Below, in pieces: positions 22,051 to 35,110 of a DNA stretch of 46,042 bases. The translations under genes were made by a program, and so were the position numbers. This DNA is from Parvularia atlantis (lineage: Eukaryota), in the NCBI GenBank assembly GCA_943704415.1, contig CALSCO010001228.1, positions 1 through 46,042 of the forward strand. The letters are read 5' to 3'. Under the pieces are notes generated by a model. The model made no database searches, had not been told where the DNA came from, and saw nothing but the letters and a program-made list of their open reading frames with translations. Position 1 is the stretch's first letter, and each line of letters begins with the position of its first letter.

Positions 22051-22110
22051 GTGGGAGCTGTCTGTGTGTCATGTTGTCTGTCCACTTCTGTCTGCGCCCG
22101 GTCCCACGCG

Positions 22111-25100
22111 ATGAACTACGTCAAGAGCGCGCTCTCGAGCGTGTCGACGTTCTACAGGGAGATGAACCCGGCGACGTTGAGCGGGGCGATCGACGTGGTC
22201 GTCGTGCGGCAGCCGGACGGCTCGCTGGCTGGGTCGCCGTTCCACGTGCGCTTTGGCAAGCTGCAGCTGCTCCGCCCCAACGAGAACCGCGTCGACATCA
22301 CCGTCAACGACGAGCCGATCGACATCCACATGAAGGTCGGCGACGCGGGCGAGGCCTTCTTCGTCGTCGAGACGACGGTACGGCGGCGGCAGCGCACGGC
22401 ACGCGATGCAGCAGCGCTGACGTCGCCGCGATATCGCAGCGGCCCGTGCCCAGCGACTACCTCACGTCGCCCATCCACTCGCCCACGCCCGCGCCGCCCG
22501 CCGCCGCGCCCGACGTGCGCCGCGCGCGTGCTGTTGCGCATGTGCTCTGACCGGGGCGCCGCAGCGCTTCGAGGCGCTCGATCTGGACGGCGATGGGGCC
22601 ACGACGACGACGACGACGGCGCGCGTCACGACGACGACAATGACAACGACGACGGCAGCAGCCGGATCGGTCGTCGCCGTGCTCGGTGCGTGCGCGCGAG
22701 GGACGAGGAACGTGCGACATGACGCGCGTGCGGACGCGGCAGAGGACACCGTGGCCATTCCCGTGCCGCCCACGTCCGAGCACGCGCCGATCAAGCCGGC
22801 CACGCCCGCGTCCATCGCGGCGCAGCTGGCCGAGCCGGCGGGTCCCGTGCAGGCACTGCAGCTGCCGCCGGCCGTGCTGGACGAGGCGGCGCCGGCGGGC
22901 AGCACGACCGTGACGACGACGACCACAACAACGATCAGCACCGCGGCCGTGTCGCCGGTGCGGCTCTTCTCGTGCGGCTGCTCGCGTCGTGCTTGACGTG
23001 AGGGGCGACCGCAGGGCGAGGACCCGTCCAAGTGGAACTGGCAGTGGGGCGGGCTGCCGCAGCGCACCGACGTGCCGGCCGCGCCCTCGCCCAGCAACGA
23101 CCCGGTGCTGCCGCACGCCGGCAAGGACACGGTCGACGCGCCGCTCGCGCACGAGGCGAGTGCTGCCGTCACACGCGTGTCGTCGGCGTCCACGGTCCTT
23201 GCGACGTCGGCGCCCTCCACGCCCTCGCCCACCGCGACCGCGACCACAAGCGCCACGACGCCCGCGCGCTCGTCGCCCGCCACGACGCCCAGCAGCAGCA
23301 GTGCCGCCGCCGCACCGCCCGCACCGGCCTCGCCGTCACTGCTGCAGCGCGCCGGGACCGAGGGCTCCGTCGTGCTCAGCACGTCGCTCGCACGCGAGGG
23401 GCAGGCCAAGCTCAACAAGGAAAACAGCGCGGGCGCGCTCCTTTCGCAGACACGCAGTGGCGGCGGCAGCGACACGGTCATCAACATTGCGTGCGCGCTC
23501 TATCGCGTTGTGCCCGCGCGCACGACTGAGCAGCGCCCGCAAAAACAAGCTCCGTCAGCCCGAAGCGCATGCCCACCGTGCCCATCTCCGACATCCCCGA
23601 CAGCTTCCTGCCGTGCGCTGAACTGCGCTGCGCTCGGCTGGACATGCCTGAGTGCGCGTGTCGCAGGCCCGCCGCGCTCACGACCGACGACGACATCGTC
23701 GACGACGGCCAAACGAGCGCGGGCTCCTTCGCGGTGCGTTGGTACGGCTGCCGCGCCTCGTGCCTGAACGCCGCGGCAGGTCGAGATGTCGCTGTGCGGC
23801 GACCAGCTGCCGCGCCTAATCATCTCGCTGGGCGAGTCGGAGGTGCGCGGCCAGGTGCTCCCGCACGCCTTTGTGACACGGCGCTGCAGCAAGCGGCGGA
23901 GCTGTTTGAGCGGCATAAGGTCACCTACGAGGAGTTTGCGGCCAACCCCGCGATGCTCCTCAACCCGAACCTGGTGCTGCTGATCGACGAGCGGTGCGCT
24001 ATTGCTGCGAGAGAGAGAAAGGGAGTGGCGAGCTGACGCCTGGGCCAGGCTGTTTCGATGGAACGTCGCGGCGCCGTACATCATGTCGCTGCTTGTGTTC
24101 CAGCGGCGGCTGCCGAAGGAGGCGCTCAAGGCGCTGCTGACCGACGACATCAACGCGATGGTGGCGTGCGCGTGCACAGCTCGCTGGTGCTGACGGGCGC
24201 GTGCACGCGCAGGCGGCCAAGGGCGAGAAGCCCAAGAGCAACTGGAAGATCTCCGAGTGGCTCTTTGGCAAGAAGGAGGTGTGCAGTCGCAGCTGAGGCC
24301 CGGGTGTGCAGTGCTGACGGCGCCGGCACAGCCTACGTCCGGCAGCCAGCTCAGTCTGACGTACAGCGGGAGCGCGTCGCAACTGCCGTCGGTCGACATG
24401 GAGCGGTATGTTTCAGCGGGCGTGCGAGGCGGCTTACTCGTTGTCTCAGGCTGAACCTGGGCTCGCCGCGCGCGAGCTTCTCATCGTCGACGGCCGAGAT
24501 CGTCGTGCCCGGGCGAAGGTGCGCGTGTGCCCTCGTCTCCAGGCTGCTCTGCTGAACGGCGCAGTGAGCACTCGCTCGCACCGCCCGAAACGCCGTCGGC
24601 GCCGCCGTCGCCCGAGCACCCGCACACGTACGCCAAGTCGCTGCGCCTGACCGAAAAGCAGCTGGTGCGCGCGTGTCGCACGCAAAACCAAAACTCTGCT
24701 GAGACCGTGGGGTCAGGCGTCACTCAACCTCAAGCCGGGGGCCAACAAGATCGTGTTTACGGTGTCGACTGCGCTGCAGGGCGTGGCGTCGTGCACGGCC
24801 AACATCTACCTGTGGAACCACGATGTGCGCATCGTCGTCTCGGACATCGACGGGACGATCACCAAGTGCGTTACGCACGGCTGGGTTACGCCAGCTGACC
24901 GCGGGGCCGCAGGTCCGACACACTCGGGCACATCTTCACGGCGGTCGGCAAGGACTGGACGCACTCGGGCGTGGCCAACCTGTACTCCAACATCGCCAAG
25001 AACGGGTACAAGATCCTGTACCTGACGTCGCGGGCGATCGGGCAGGTGTGTGAGTGCGCATGTTGCCGCTCTCCTCACGTGCCGACGCGCAGTCCAACTA

Positions 25101-25825
25101 CACGCGCGAGTTCATCAAGTGGGTCGAGCAGACGGGCGGGTGGCGTCTGCCGGACGGGCCCGTGATCTGCGCGCCCGACCGACTCTTCCAGGCGCTGCAC
25201 CGGTGCGCAGCCGCAAGTGAAAGGCGCTGGCTGCTGACGGGCTGCGCAGCGAGGTCATCCAGCGGCGCCCGCAGGACTTCAAGATGGCTGTGCTGCGCGA
25301 CCTCAAGAAGCTCTTCCCGGGGCGCGACCCGTTCTACGCGGGCTTTGGCAACCGCGAGACGGTGTGTCTCGGCGTGCTTGGTGCGAAGCGCTCACGCTTG
25401 TGCGCGCGCGCGCGCCAGGATGTGATGTCGTACAAGGGCGTCGACGTGCCGTTGCAGCGCATCTTCACGATCAACCCGCGCGGCGACATCCGGGCCGAGC
25501 TGGCCGAGAGCTTCAAATCAACGTGTGCTGCTGCGCGCACGTAGTGGGTGGACAGTTGATGCTGTGCGCCGCGGCAGGTACACGGCGCTGAACGACGTCG
25601 TCAACCAGATGTTCCCGCCGATCACGGCCAAGTCGAAGGAGCTGAGCGAGACGTTCAGCGACTTCAACTACTGGCGTCAGCCCCTGCCCGACATCTCGCT
25701 GGACGACGACGTCGACAGCGAGGTATGGGGGGGGGCGGTTGTGCGCGCGAGGGTGGTGCTGATTGGCATTGGATGCGCAGCCGAGCCGCGAGCCGCTCAC
25801 CGGCGGGTACCCGTTCTACGACTAG
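22111..25825 (+). CDS. LPIN: Lipin / phosphatidate phosphatase (PAH1)
   Basis: [45 protein letters not shown] (DxDxT), [17 protein letters not shown]; ~20 introns. Confidence 0.97.
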
Positions 25826-25985
25826 ATGATACGGCTGTGTGCGAGGCGCTGTGTGTGTGTGAGGGGAGCAATGTGCATTGGCTCATCCGTGAGTCGTGAG
25901 CTGCGCTGCGCGCCGCGGCCGGTGTCTACGGCACAACCTGGGCCCAGTACAAACACGCAGAAGGGTCTATCGGCACAAGTCGCGC

Positions 25986-27427
25986 TCAGCCGAGGTGCTC
26001 CTCGACCCAGTAGACGATGCCCTTGGTGTTCTCGAGGTAGTTGCACGCGGCAAAGTTGCGGTACAGCGTGAGGGCAAAGTTGCCGTCGTCCTTGTTGTAG
26101 TACTTGCCCAGCACGGGGATGATCGCGCGCGTGGCCTCCTCGGCGTGGTAGAACGGCAGCTGTGCCCGCGTCAGCCGTGCGCCGGCGACGCGAGGCAAAG
26201 CGCACCTTGGAGAAGATGTGGTGACACACATGCGTGCTGTGGATAAAGTGCAGCTACAGGGCGCGCGCGCAGGGTGAGACAGGAGAAATGCGCGCCAGGG
26301 GCACCGCACCTTGACGTCGAGGAAGCGGCCCATTGTGCGGTCGACCGTGCAGAGCGCGCCGCGCAGCCACGTCCACTCGCCTTCGTCGTAGTGCGGCAGC
26401 GACAGGTCCGTGTGCTGCAGGTACGTGATCGAGACAAGGAAGCCGTTGGTGATGAGCAGCGGCGGGAGGTAGCTGCAGCGCGTGTTCAGCACGGCGGCGG
26501 GCGACGCACGGGAGCGCACGCACAGCGCGAGGACGAGCAGCGAGCCGTACTGGCGGCCAATCATGATGAGCGCGAAAGTCCAGGCGATCAGGCCGACGCT
26601 GGACAGCATCACCTGCGGCGGTGGCTCAGCACACACACACACACACAGGCGTGCCGTCCATCCCGTCGCACCTTGACGCGGTCCCTGTCGTTGAAGATGC
26701 TCGACTGCGGCAGGAAGTGGCTGTTGAAGCCGGGCGCGGCGTGGCTCGAGACGTTGGCGACGAGGTACAGCGGCCAGCCAAAGACGAGGATGGAGAGCAG
26801 GTGGATCGCGGTGAGGACGGTGTTGCGCTCCTTGGGCGGGGTGATGGGTGCAACGCCGTCGTGCTTGGTCGGGACAAAGACCTCGTCGCGGGCGAGGTTG
26901 TTGGTGAAGTGGTGGTGGTTCGAGTGCGTGCGCTGCCAGGCAAAGTAGGGCACGTACAGACACGTGTGCAGCACAAAGCCGACAATGTCGTTGATGGTCT
27001 GGCTGGTCGAGAAGCCGCCGTGGCCGCACTCGTGGCCGACCACCCACACGCCCGTCATCGTCACGCCCTGGAACGCCCAGTACGCGATCCACAGCGCCGC
27101 GCGCAGCAGCATCGACGCGCCGTGCTCCGCCGCGACGCCGTCGAGCACGACCACGAGGGCCATCGCGCCCGCGACCTGCACCAGGTCCAGCCCGAGGTGC
27201 CAGAACGACTCGCGCAGCGTCGGCTTGAAGCAGTGCGGCGGGATGGCCGCGCGCAGGTCGCCCAGGGTGAACGGCGCGCGCTTGGTCGGCAGCACGGCGG
27301 CCTTGGTCGCCTTCTTGGCACCGGCGCCAGTGCGCTTCGACGGCACCACGCGCAGCGGTGGGAACCCGGGCGTCGCCGGCGCGCTCTCGGCATTGGCGTG
27401 CTCCGTCACGACGAGGTTGGGCGCCAT
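25986..27427 (-). CDS. Delta-12/omega-6 fatty acid desaturase (FAD2-like)
   Basis: LRAAIPPHCF; His boxes HECGH, HSNHH, HVCHH; ITYLQHTD; W-WLRGALCTVDR. Confidence 0.95.
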
Positions 27428-27612
27428 TTACCTGCGCGTGCGAGGCGCGTGGGCGACGGCGCGCACACGAGGCGAAAACGGCGCGCACGAGGTGAACGAC
27501 GCGACGCACGTGGCTTGGGGCGCAAACTACTGTCACGCTACTCGTTCATTGGGGCGCGGCCACGTCTTATTTCGCGATCTACGTAGACGGTCGGCCATAT
27601 TGGCAATAGCGG

Positions 27613-27848
27613 ATGGACAGAGAGCTCGGTTCGGCGGCGACGTCGTTCCGCGACACGTCGCCCGTCGGAGCGACGCCGTCGGCCGCGTCGGGCGCGGCGG
27701 GCGCGACGGGCGGCGTCGTGGGCTTCGCCGGCAGCATCAACGGCGTGTACCGCCGCGGCGACGTGCCGGCGATCCTCACGGCACGCGGGAGGATCCCCAA
27801 GCGCGTCGCCGACATGGACAACGAGGACGACGACGACGACGGGCTGGG

Positions 27849-27894
<46 letters not shown>

Positions 27895-29825
27895 TACGGC
27901 GCGGGCGACAACGACGACGACATGCTGGTGCGGCGCGCGCAGGATTGGCGCGCGGGGCGTGCGCACGCGGCTGACGTGGCGCTGGCGCGCCGACATAGAC
28001 GCCCGCAGAGGGCGCACAAAGGGGCGAGCCGGCGAGCGAGCGCTGGCGCTGGCAGAACCCGGACGGCGACGACGGCGGCAACGGCGATGACGACGATGAC
28101 GACCGCGCAGCGCTGCTCGGTGCGCGCACGCGATCGATGTCGATGCGTCTGCTGACGTGCCAATCATCGCAGACGGCAAGCCCGCGCACGACGACGGGCG
28201 GCGCGGGTGCGCGCGGGTCATGACGCGCCCGGGCGTCGTGCTCCTGTTCCTCTGCATCCTCTCGCTCTGCAACTACTACGACCGCGGCGCCTTCTCGGGC
28301 CTCGTTGAGACGATCAAGGACGAGTTTGACCTGGACAACACCGAGGCCGGACTGATCTCGGGCGCGTTCACCGGTATGAATTGCGTGTGATCGTGCTCGT
28401 GTGCGTCTCACGCGCGCGGAGCGCCGCAGTCGGCTACGCCCTCGCCTCGCCGATCATGGCCCAGACCGCGCGCCACGTGCCGTCGGGCGCGCTGCTCATG
28501 GGCGGCATGCTCGTGTGGGTACTCGCGACGGGCGCGTGCGCGTTTGCAACCGACTTTTGGTACCTGATGGTGCGCGGCCGCTCGCGTACGGGAGGAGGGG
28601 CCTGACGCGCCGTGGCAGATGGCGCGCTGCTTCACAGGCATCGGCGAGGCCGCGTTCATCTGTCTCTCGCCCGCGCTCATCGACGACATCGCCCCGCCTG
28701 CGCAGCGCGGCCGCTGGCTGGCCGTGTTTTACTCGATGCTGCCGATCGGCTACGCGATGGTGCGTGTTCGCGCCTTCTCGCGCGTCGTGCTCAGGCGGCG
28801 GGCGGCAGGGCTACCTCGGCTCGGGCCTGCTGCTCATCACCATCGGCTGGCGATGGGTGTTTTTCACCGAGGCGCTGGTGGCGCTGCCATTCACGTGTCT
28901 GTGCATCTACCTGCCGAACGTGCAGATGGGCAAGGCGACTCTGGGCGGGCACGGCGGCGGTGGCGGCGACGACGGTAGCAGCAGCCCCGCGGGCGAGAAG
29001 GCCGGCGGCGAGCGGAAAACGCTGTTTGAAGCACTGCGACACCTCGCGCTCAACACGACCTACATGCTCATGACGCTCGGCTACTGCGCGCAGACGTTTG
29101 TGCTGGGCGCACTCACGTACTGGGTATGCGCGCGTCCGTGCTGCCCGTGCGGGGGGTGCTGACCGCGGCGCAGCTGCCCTCGTACCTCACGGCTATCTAC
29201 GACGTCGACATCGCCACGGCGTCGTTCATCATCGGCGGCACAACGGCGTTCTGCGGCATCGTCGGCAACGTCTTTGCGGCATCCATCTTTGACTACCTCG
29301 TCTCGAAGCGCAAGTACGACCGGACCATGGTGCGCGCGCACACGCACGCGTGTCGCGCTGTCAGCTCACGCGTCGTCGCGCAGGTGGGCGTGTTCCTCAC
29401 GGTCGTGTTTTCGTGGATCGCGCTGCCGTTCAGCATGTCGGCGGTGTTTATGCCGACGCTCGTGCCGTTCCTCGTGCTCATGGTCATGTCTGAGTTTTTC
29501 ATCCTCTGCACCGTCACGCCCGTCAACGCCGTCTTTCTCTCGACCGTCTCGGATGACCTGCGCGGGTGTGTGCGGCCGCCGTATGTGCTCGCGTGCCTGG
29601 CTGACCGTGTGTCCCAGGCACTCGGTGGCCATGTCGACGCTCGCGATCCACCTCTTTGGCGACATGTGGTCGCCCTACGTCTACGGTGCGATCACCGACG
29701 CGACAGGCTCGCAGCGCAACGCGCTCCTGTTCATGTCGTGCTGGATGGTCTGGGTCCTGCTCTTCTGGACGCTCGGCGCGGTCCTCATCCGGCGCCGGCA
29801 GCAGCGTCTCTACGGCCGCATCTGA
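27613..29825 (+). CDS. Spinster-family MFS transporter
   Basis: NYYDRG, ARCFTGIGEAAFICLSPALIDDIAP, FYSMLPIGYA, WRWVFF, IHLFGDMWSPY; acidic N-terminus. Confidence 0.9.
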
Positions 29826-29891
29826 TTCGGCAGGCGGGTGCGAGCGGGATGTGCGGCTCATGTGCTTTGTGCTGTACAGAAACAAGGTCGA

Positions 29892-31213
29892 TTATCGCGC
29901 GAGAAGGTAGCGCTCGGCTGCGACGACGGCGAGGGCGCGTAGGACGGTCGCGAGAACGCCGTCGGCGCTTAGGCGGAAGAGCGGCATCGCGGCCCTCCCG
30001 GCGCGCTGCATGGCCGTGCGCCGCTCGGGCGGGACCGCACGCAGGATCAGGTCGACGCGCACGGCCTCGTCAAAGCTGCGCGCAGGGTCAGCGCAGCGCA
30101 GGAGCCGAGGTGTTACGCACGTGAGGCGCAGGGCGATGTCGTCCCACGGCACGAGGCCGTCAAACGGCAGCACGAGCTCCTCGCCGACGACCACGGGGAT
30201 GCAGCCGTAGAACAGCGCCTCGATCGGCCGCGGTGTCCACGCGTAAAAGCCCGGCGGGCAGAGGCAGAAGACGGCGGCATAGGCCTGCGCGGCGTGAGCA
30301 CGCGTGCACAGCAAGCAAGGGCGCACGCACGCTGTCGTAGTCGCTGTCGCGGTCATCCTCGATGCGCACGTCGGGCGAGTCGGCAAAGAGGTCCTGCCAG
30401 AGCTGCCGGATGCCAAAGCTGTGCTGCCAGTACGGCCGAACCACGCCCTTGAACGACGCGAGCAGCGGGCGCTCCTGCCACGGGCGCACGTGGCGCTGGG
30501 CCGCGCCGTACGCGTGCGCCGTGAGCAAGGGCGGGATGATTACGTCGCGCTCGGGCGTGAAGCCGAGGAAGCGGTTGCCGTGCGACAGCAGCAAGATCGC
30601 GCGCTCGAGCAGCTCGGGCGGGAGCGCGTCGTACGCAAAGCCATGCGTCACGACAAAGACGTGGTCGTGCCCGTCGTGCCGCTGCCACAGCGGGCCCCGG
30701 CGCGCGTGCTCGTACGCTGCGCCGCGCCGTTTGAGCGGGACAAGCAGCCACAAGCAAGCGCGCACCGAGCTGCATCGCCTCACGGTACGCCGCCAGCGCG
30801 TACGAGCCGTTGGTGCGCGCGGCGACGGCGCACGCGTACTTGTTGGCGAAGACGGGCACGAGCACGAGGTCGTGCGGCTCGCCGCGGCCGCTGCTGCACG
30901 GGCTGTCGACGAGCAGGCGCGGCAGATGCACCTGTTGTGCGCGTTGCCGTCAGCGCTCGCGTGCACACGGCGCACCGCCGACCTCCATGTCAAACATCGC
31001 GCTGCCGGGGCCCGTGCGGCAGTCGCGGCCCGTGACGCGCGCGACGTCGCGCGTGATCGCGTCGGGCATGTCGAGCACGCGCACTCGCACGGGGCACGCG
31101 CGGTCGATCCGCGCATCGGCCTGCTCGGCGCGCCGCAGCAGCGCGAGCTGCACCACGAGCGTCGCGCCGAGCAGCAGCGCGAGCGCCCACACGATGATGC
31201 GCCTCGTCGTCAC
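29892..31213 (-). CDS. Exostosin-like glycosyltransferase family 47
   Basis: N-terminal TM; DLVLVPVF, WQRHDGHDHVF, DVIIPP, FCLCPPG, IEALFYGCIPVV; no in-frame ATG, start placed at GTG 31213. Confidence 0.88.
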
Positions 31214-31328
31214 GGTTGATTGTGTTGTCACACTTCACGTGACGCACTCGCGCGCCGCCGCTTGCCGCTTGCCGCTTGCCGCACCGACGACGACGCCGCA
31301 GCGGACGCTGCTGGAGCAGGCGGGCGAG

Positions 31329-33084
31329 AGTGCGTGCGTGTGGGTGTGGGAGGCGCGCGCGGGGGGGGAGGGAGTGAAGAGGGCTGCGGTGTGTGCTTGC
31401 GCCACGCCGCGACGGTGCGTGACGTGGACGGACGCACGCGTGGCGTGGCACGCACAGTGGTCGAGCGCGCGCTCGGCGCCGTCATGCCCGAGATGCTCGA
31501 CGGGTGGAAGGTGCCGCTGCGCAAGCTGTGGATGGGCGGTGCGGGCTGCGCGGCCCACTGCTCATGCGCGGACGCCGCTGAGTGAGGCAACGTGCGGCGC
31601 TGTTGCAGACGCCGACGACACCGTGCCTGACAGCTACGTCTGGCTGATGGGGCGCCGGTACGGGCCGTTCCGCGATGCCGAGCTGGCCGACCGCTACGGC
31701 GAGTTCCAGCGCTTCCACCGCGACTTTCACTCGCGCCTCTGGTTCACGTACCGCTCGGGTGCGCTCCGTTTGCCGCGCGATGCGTGACGGGCGGGGCTGA
31801 TGCGGGGACGCGGCAGGGTTCGAGCCCATCCGACCCACGCGCTTCACGACCGACGCCGGCTGGGGCTGCATGCTGCGGTCCGGGCAGATGGTCCTGGGCG
31901 AGACGCTGCTGCGGCACGTGCTCACGCCCGAGTGGCAGCTCGGGCACAACATGCGCGACGTCGTGCGGCTGTACTCGGAGGTGTGCTCATGCGGGTGCTG
32001 TGCGGGCGCTTATGGGGCCGTGTGCACGCAGATCCTCACGTGGTTCCTCGACCAGACGCCCTCGCCATTTTCGCTGCACCAGATCGCGACCGAGGGCGTT
32101 CGCTTCGACAAAAACATCGGCGAGTGGTTTGGGCCGTCGACCATCGCGGCCGTGCTGCGGTGCGCTCACGATGCACCTATGCGGCACGTCACTGACTCGC
32201 ATGTGCAGAGACCTTGTGCAGCGGCATAGGCCGTTCGGGCTGACGGCGTACGTGGCGCAGGACGGGATGGTCTTCCGCGACAAGGCGCTCGAGACGGCGC
32301 GCACGCCGCCGCCGTCGTCCGCCACCCTCGGTAAGTGCCATGCGCCATGCGCGACGTCTCGCTCACATGGCGCGCACCGCAGCCAAGCCCGTGCCCGTCG
32401 TGTCGCTGCGGCCGCTCTCGCCTTCGGCCTCCGCGTCCACCTCGGCCTCGCCGTCCGTCGCGAGCGAGAGCAGCGGCAGCACATCCGCCGACGACGCACC
32501 ACCCGCCTCGTCCAGCGACGCTGAGCCTTTCTACGGCGTGCTCATCCTCATCCCGCTCAGGCTCGGGCTTGACTACATGAACGAGATCTACGAGCCCGCA
32601 TTGCGCAAGTGCTTCGAGTTCCCGCAGAGCGTCGGCATCGCCGGCGGCCGACCCAACTCGTCGCTCTACTTTGTCGCCGTCGACGACTCGCTCCTCTACT
32701 TTCTCGACCCGCACATCACCCGCCCGGCCATGCAGGACATTAAGCCGCTCGGACAGTACACCGAGGAGGTTTGCCTCGCGCACGGCACACGCCGCCCCGA
32801 CTCACGCTGCGCTCGCACAGGACTGGCGCACGTACCACTGCCCCGACGTGCGCCGCATCGACATGGCCCGTATCGACCCCTCACTCATGCTCGCGTTCTA
32901 CTGCCGCACCCGCGCCGACCTCGACGACTTTTTCAGGCGCGCCGACGAGACCGCGGTCGAGGGCCCGTCCATCTTCAGCGTGGCCGACGAGGCACCGCGG
33001 TACTTCCAGGACGACGAGGTGGACCTGGCGGGCGCGGACGAGGGCGGGAGCGGGAGCGACGACGATGACTTTGACCTCATGTGA
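31329..33084 (+). CDS. ATG4: Cysteine protease ATG4 (peptidase C54)
   Basis: LWFTYR, TDAGWGCMLRSGQM, GEWFGPS, IPLRLG, GIAGGRPNSSLYF, FLDPH, IDPSL; C-terminal DDDDFDLM LIR-like; start uncertain (split A|TG or 31484). Confidence 0.95.
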
Positions 33085-33370
33085 TGAAAGGGTGGCGGCC
33101 AGAGTGCACAGGGCTGCACCGCGTGTCGGTGCTGCGCGCGGGCTGCGCGACGGGCGAGACGGGCGCGTGCCTGTGGGTGTGCGCCGAGAATTGCGAGCTT
33201 GTCTAGCAGTGGAACGCTGCCAAGGTCAACTCAGGCGCCGTGGTCAGGCCATTGCCGAGCAGCAGTGGGAGTTGTTCGGCCAGCGCTGCTTTGTCTTGCC
33301 GATGTCTGCCCTCTCCCGTCGGTTGTCAGTGCCTTTTGCTCTCGTCTGTACAGTCCGCCCCCCTCAGGCC

Positions 33371-33982
33371 TTACTCGTCCAAGGGCAGCGGGTAGCGCAG
33401 TTCGGGCGGGAGGGCCTCCTGCATGGCGCGCTCCTTGTCCATCATCTGCGCCTCGTCGGCGTCGGTCTCGTGCACGAACCCGTGCAGGTGCGCCAGTCCG
33501 TGCACGACGAGCCGGTACAGGCGCTGCTCGTACGTGCACCCGAGCTCGGCGGCCTGCGCGCGCGCGTACGGCGCCGACACGACGACTTCGCCCAGGTCCT
33601 GCCCGTGCGGCCATCGGGCGGGCGCGCGGCGCTGTCCCGGGCGCAGCACCGTGATGCGCTGCCGCGCGAGCACGTCGGTCGCCTCGTCCACGCCGCGCCA
33701 CGCCCGGTTCAGCCGGCGGATGAGCGGGTCGGTCACGAGGCGCACATGTACATCACACGCGCCCGACCACGGCGCCACCGCATCGCGCAGCAGCAGCACA
33801 CGTCCCGCAAAGCCGCGCGGCAGCGCGCTCGGCCCAGCGTGATTGTGCACGAGCACGCGCCCGGCCCGTGCCGCGTCCCACACGACGTTGCCTCGTCTCC
33901 TCATCACGCACGAGATGCGCGGGCCCCGCTGACACACACGATGAGCGCACAGTGATGGCCGCGACGCGCGGGTCCCGCTCAT
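33371..33982 (-). CDS. YBEY: Endoribonuclease YbeY
   Basis: IRRLNRAWRGVDEATDVL, DLGEVVVS, VHGLAHLHGFVHETD metal motif; start may be 33904. Confidence 0.88.
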   Translation of the reverse strand: MSGTRASRPSLCAHRVCQRGPRISCVMRRRGNVVWDAARAGRVLVHNHAGPSALPRGFAGRVLLLRDAVAPWSGACDVHVRLVTDPLIRRLNRAWRGVDEATDVLARQRITVLRPGQRRAPARWPHGQDLGEVVVSAPYARAQAAELGCTYEQRLYRLVVHGLAHLHGFVHETDADEAQMMDKERAMQEALPPELRYPLPLDE

Positions 33983-34008
33983 TTCCGATCATCTGACTCG
34001 CTCGGAGG

Positions 34009-34636
34009 ATGGGCGGCGCGATCAGCAGCCTGCAGGCCAACGTGCTCAACCTGGGGGAGGGCGTGGCCGGGAAGATGGCCGAGAAGCAGCGCGAGGCGAT
34101 GGCGGCGCAGCAGGCCGTGCGTGGTCGCGATTGGGGCAAAGCGAGCTGATGCTGATGCTGACACGGCACACGGCGCGCGCCGCGACGCACGGGCAGTTCA
34201 TGATGCAGCAGGCCAAGCGCCAGCAGGCCATCATGATGGCGCAGCAGCGCGAGCAGCTCGTGTGGGAGGCCGGCGCGTGGGGTGCGCCACCTGCGTGATG
34301 CGCGCGATGCGGGCAGCTGATCGCGGCGACGTCACCAGCGCTCGTCGCTACCGCTACGACGATGCGCACCGTCGTCTCGCGCCGCTTCCCCGCGCCCGCC
34401 GCCGTGCCGCTGCTCGTCCTGCCGTACTTGATGGCGTACCAAGTCGATATGGCGTACGGCAACAAGATGGACCGCATCAAGGCCGAGTCGGATCGCATCC
34501 TTGTGCCGTGTCACACACCGTGTGCGCACACGCTGACCACCCCGTCCGCCCTTCTCCCCCGCAGGCCGAGGAGGCGCACTGGTTCACCGAGGTCAAGCCG
34601 GCCGACTCGAAGAAGAAGCTAATGACCAACCTCTGA
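34009..34636 (+). CDS. PLGRKT/C9orf46-like small membrane protein
   Basis: Q/M-rich helix, two hydrophobic segments, [22 protein letters not shown]; 3 introns. Confidence 0.7.
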
Positions 34637-34707
34637 TCTCTCTGTGTGGCGGCGCTGTCTGATCTGCGTACAACTTGGCACACCTCGCAAGCAGCGCCAC
34701 AACCCGT

Positions 34708-35078
34708 TCACTGTAGCAGGGCCGGCGCGCCGTTGACGAGCACCGAGCGCTGGCCGCGGCCGTCCTCGATGACAACCGTCTCGTTGCCGTGCTCGTCGAC
34801 CTCGCGCGTGCGCGTCGTGCGCACGCCGTTGACGACCGATGTCTGCGGGCCGGTGCTGAGCGCGGGTTGCAGCAATCGTGGTGTGTGCGCCGCACCTGCA
34901 CCGAGCGCTGCACGACGCACGGGCTGGCCGCTCGCCCGCTTGCGCTGCTGCCACCGCTGCTGCTGCTGCTTGAGCTGTAGGCGAAAGCGGTCGCGCCCAT
35001 CGGGGCGCTGCGACGTGCGCGCGCCGTCAGCCACGGCGGGGGCGTGCGTGCATCGGCGCTCGCCGCACCCGCCAAACA

Positions 35079-35110
<32 letters not shown>

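Noticed and set aside
4662..31213. Glycosylation gene cluster (Gal3ST, GT34, PIG-V, GT47)
   Set aside because: Dispersed among unrelated housekeeping genes, and these families are large; no evidence of a unit
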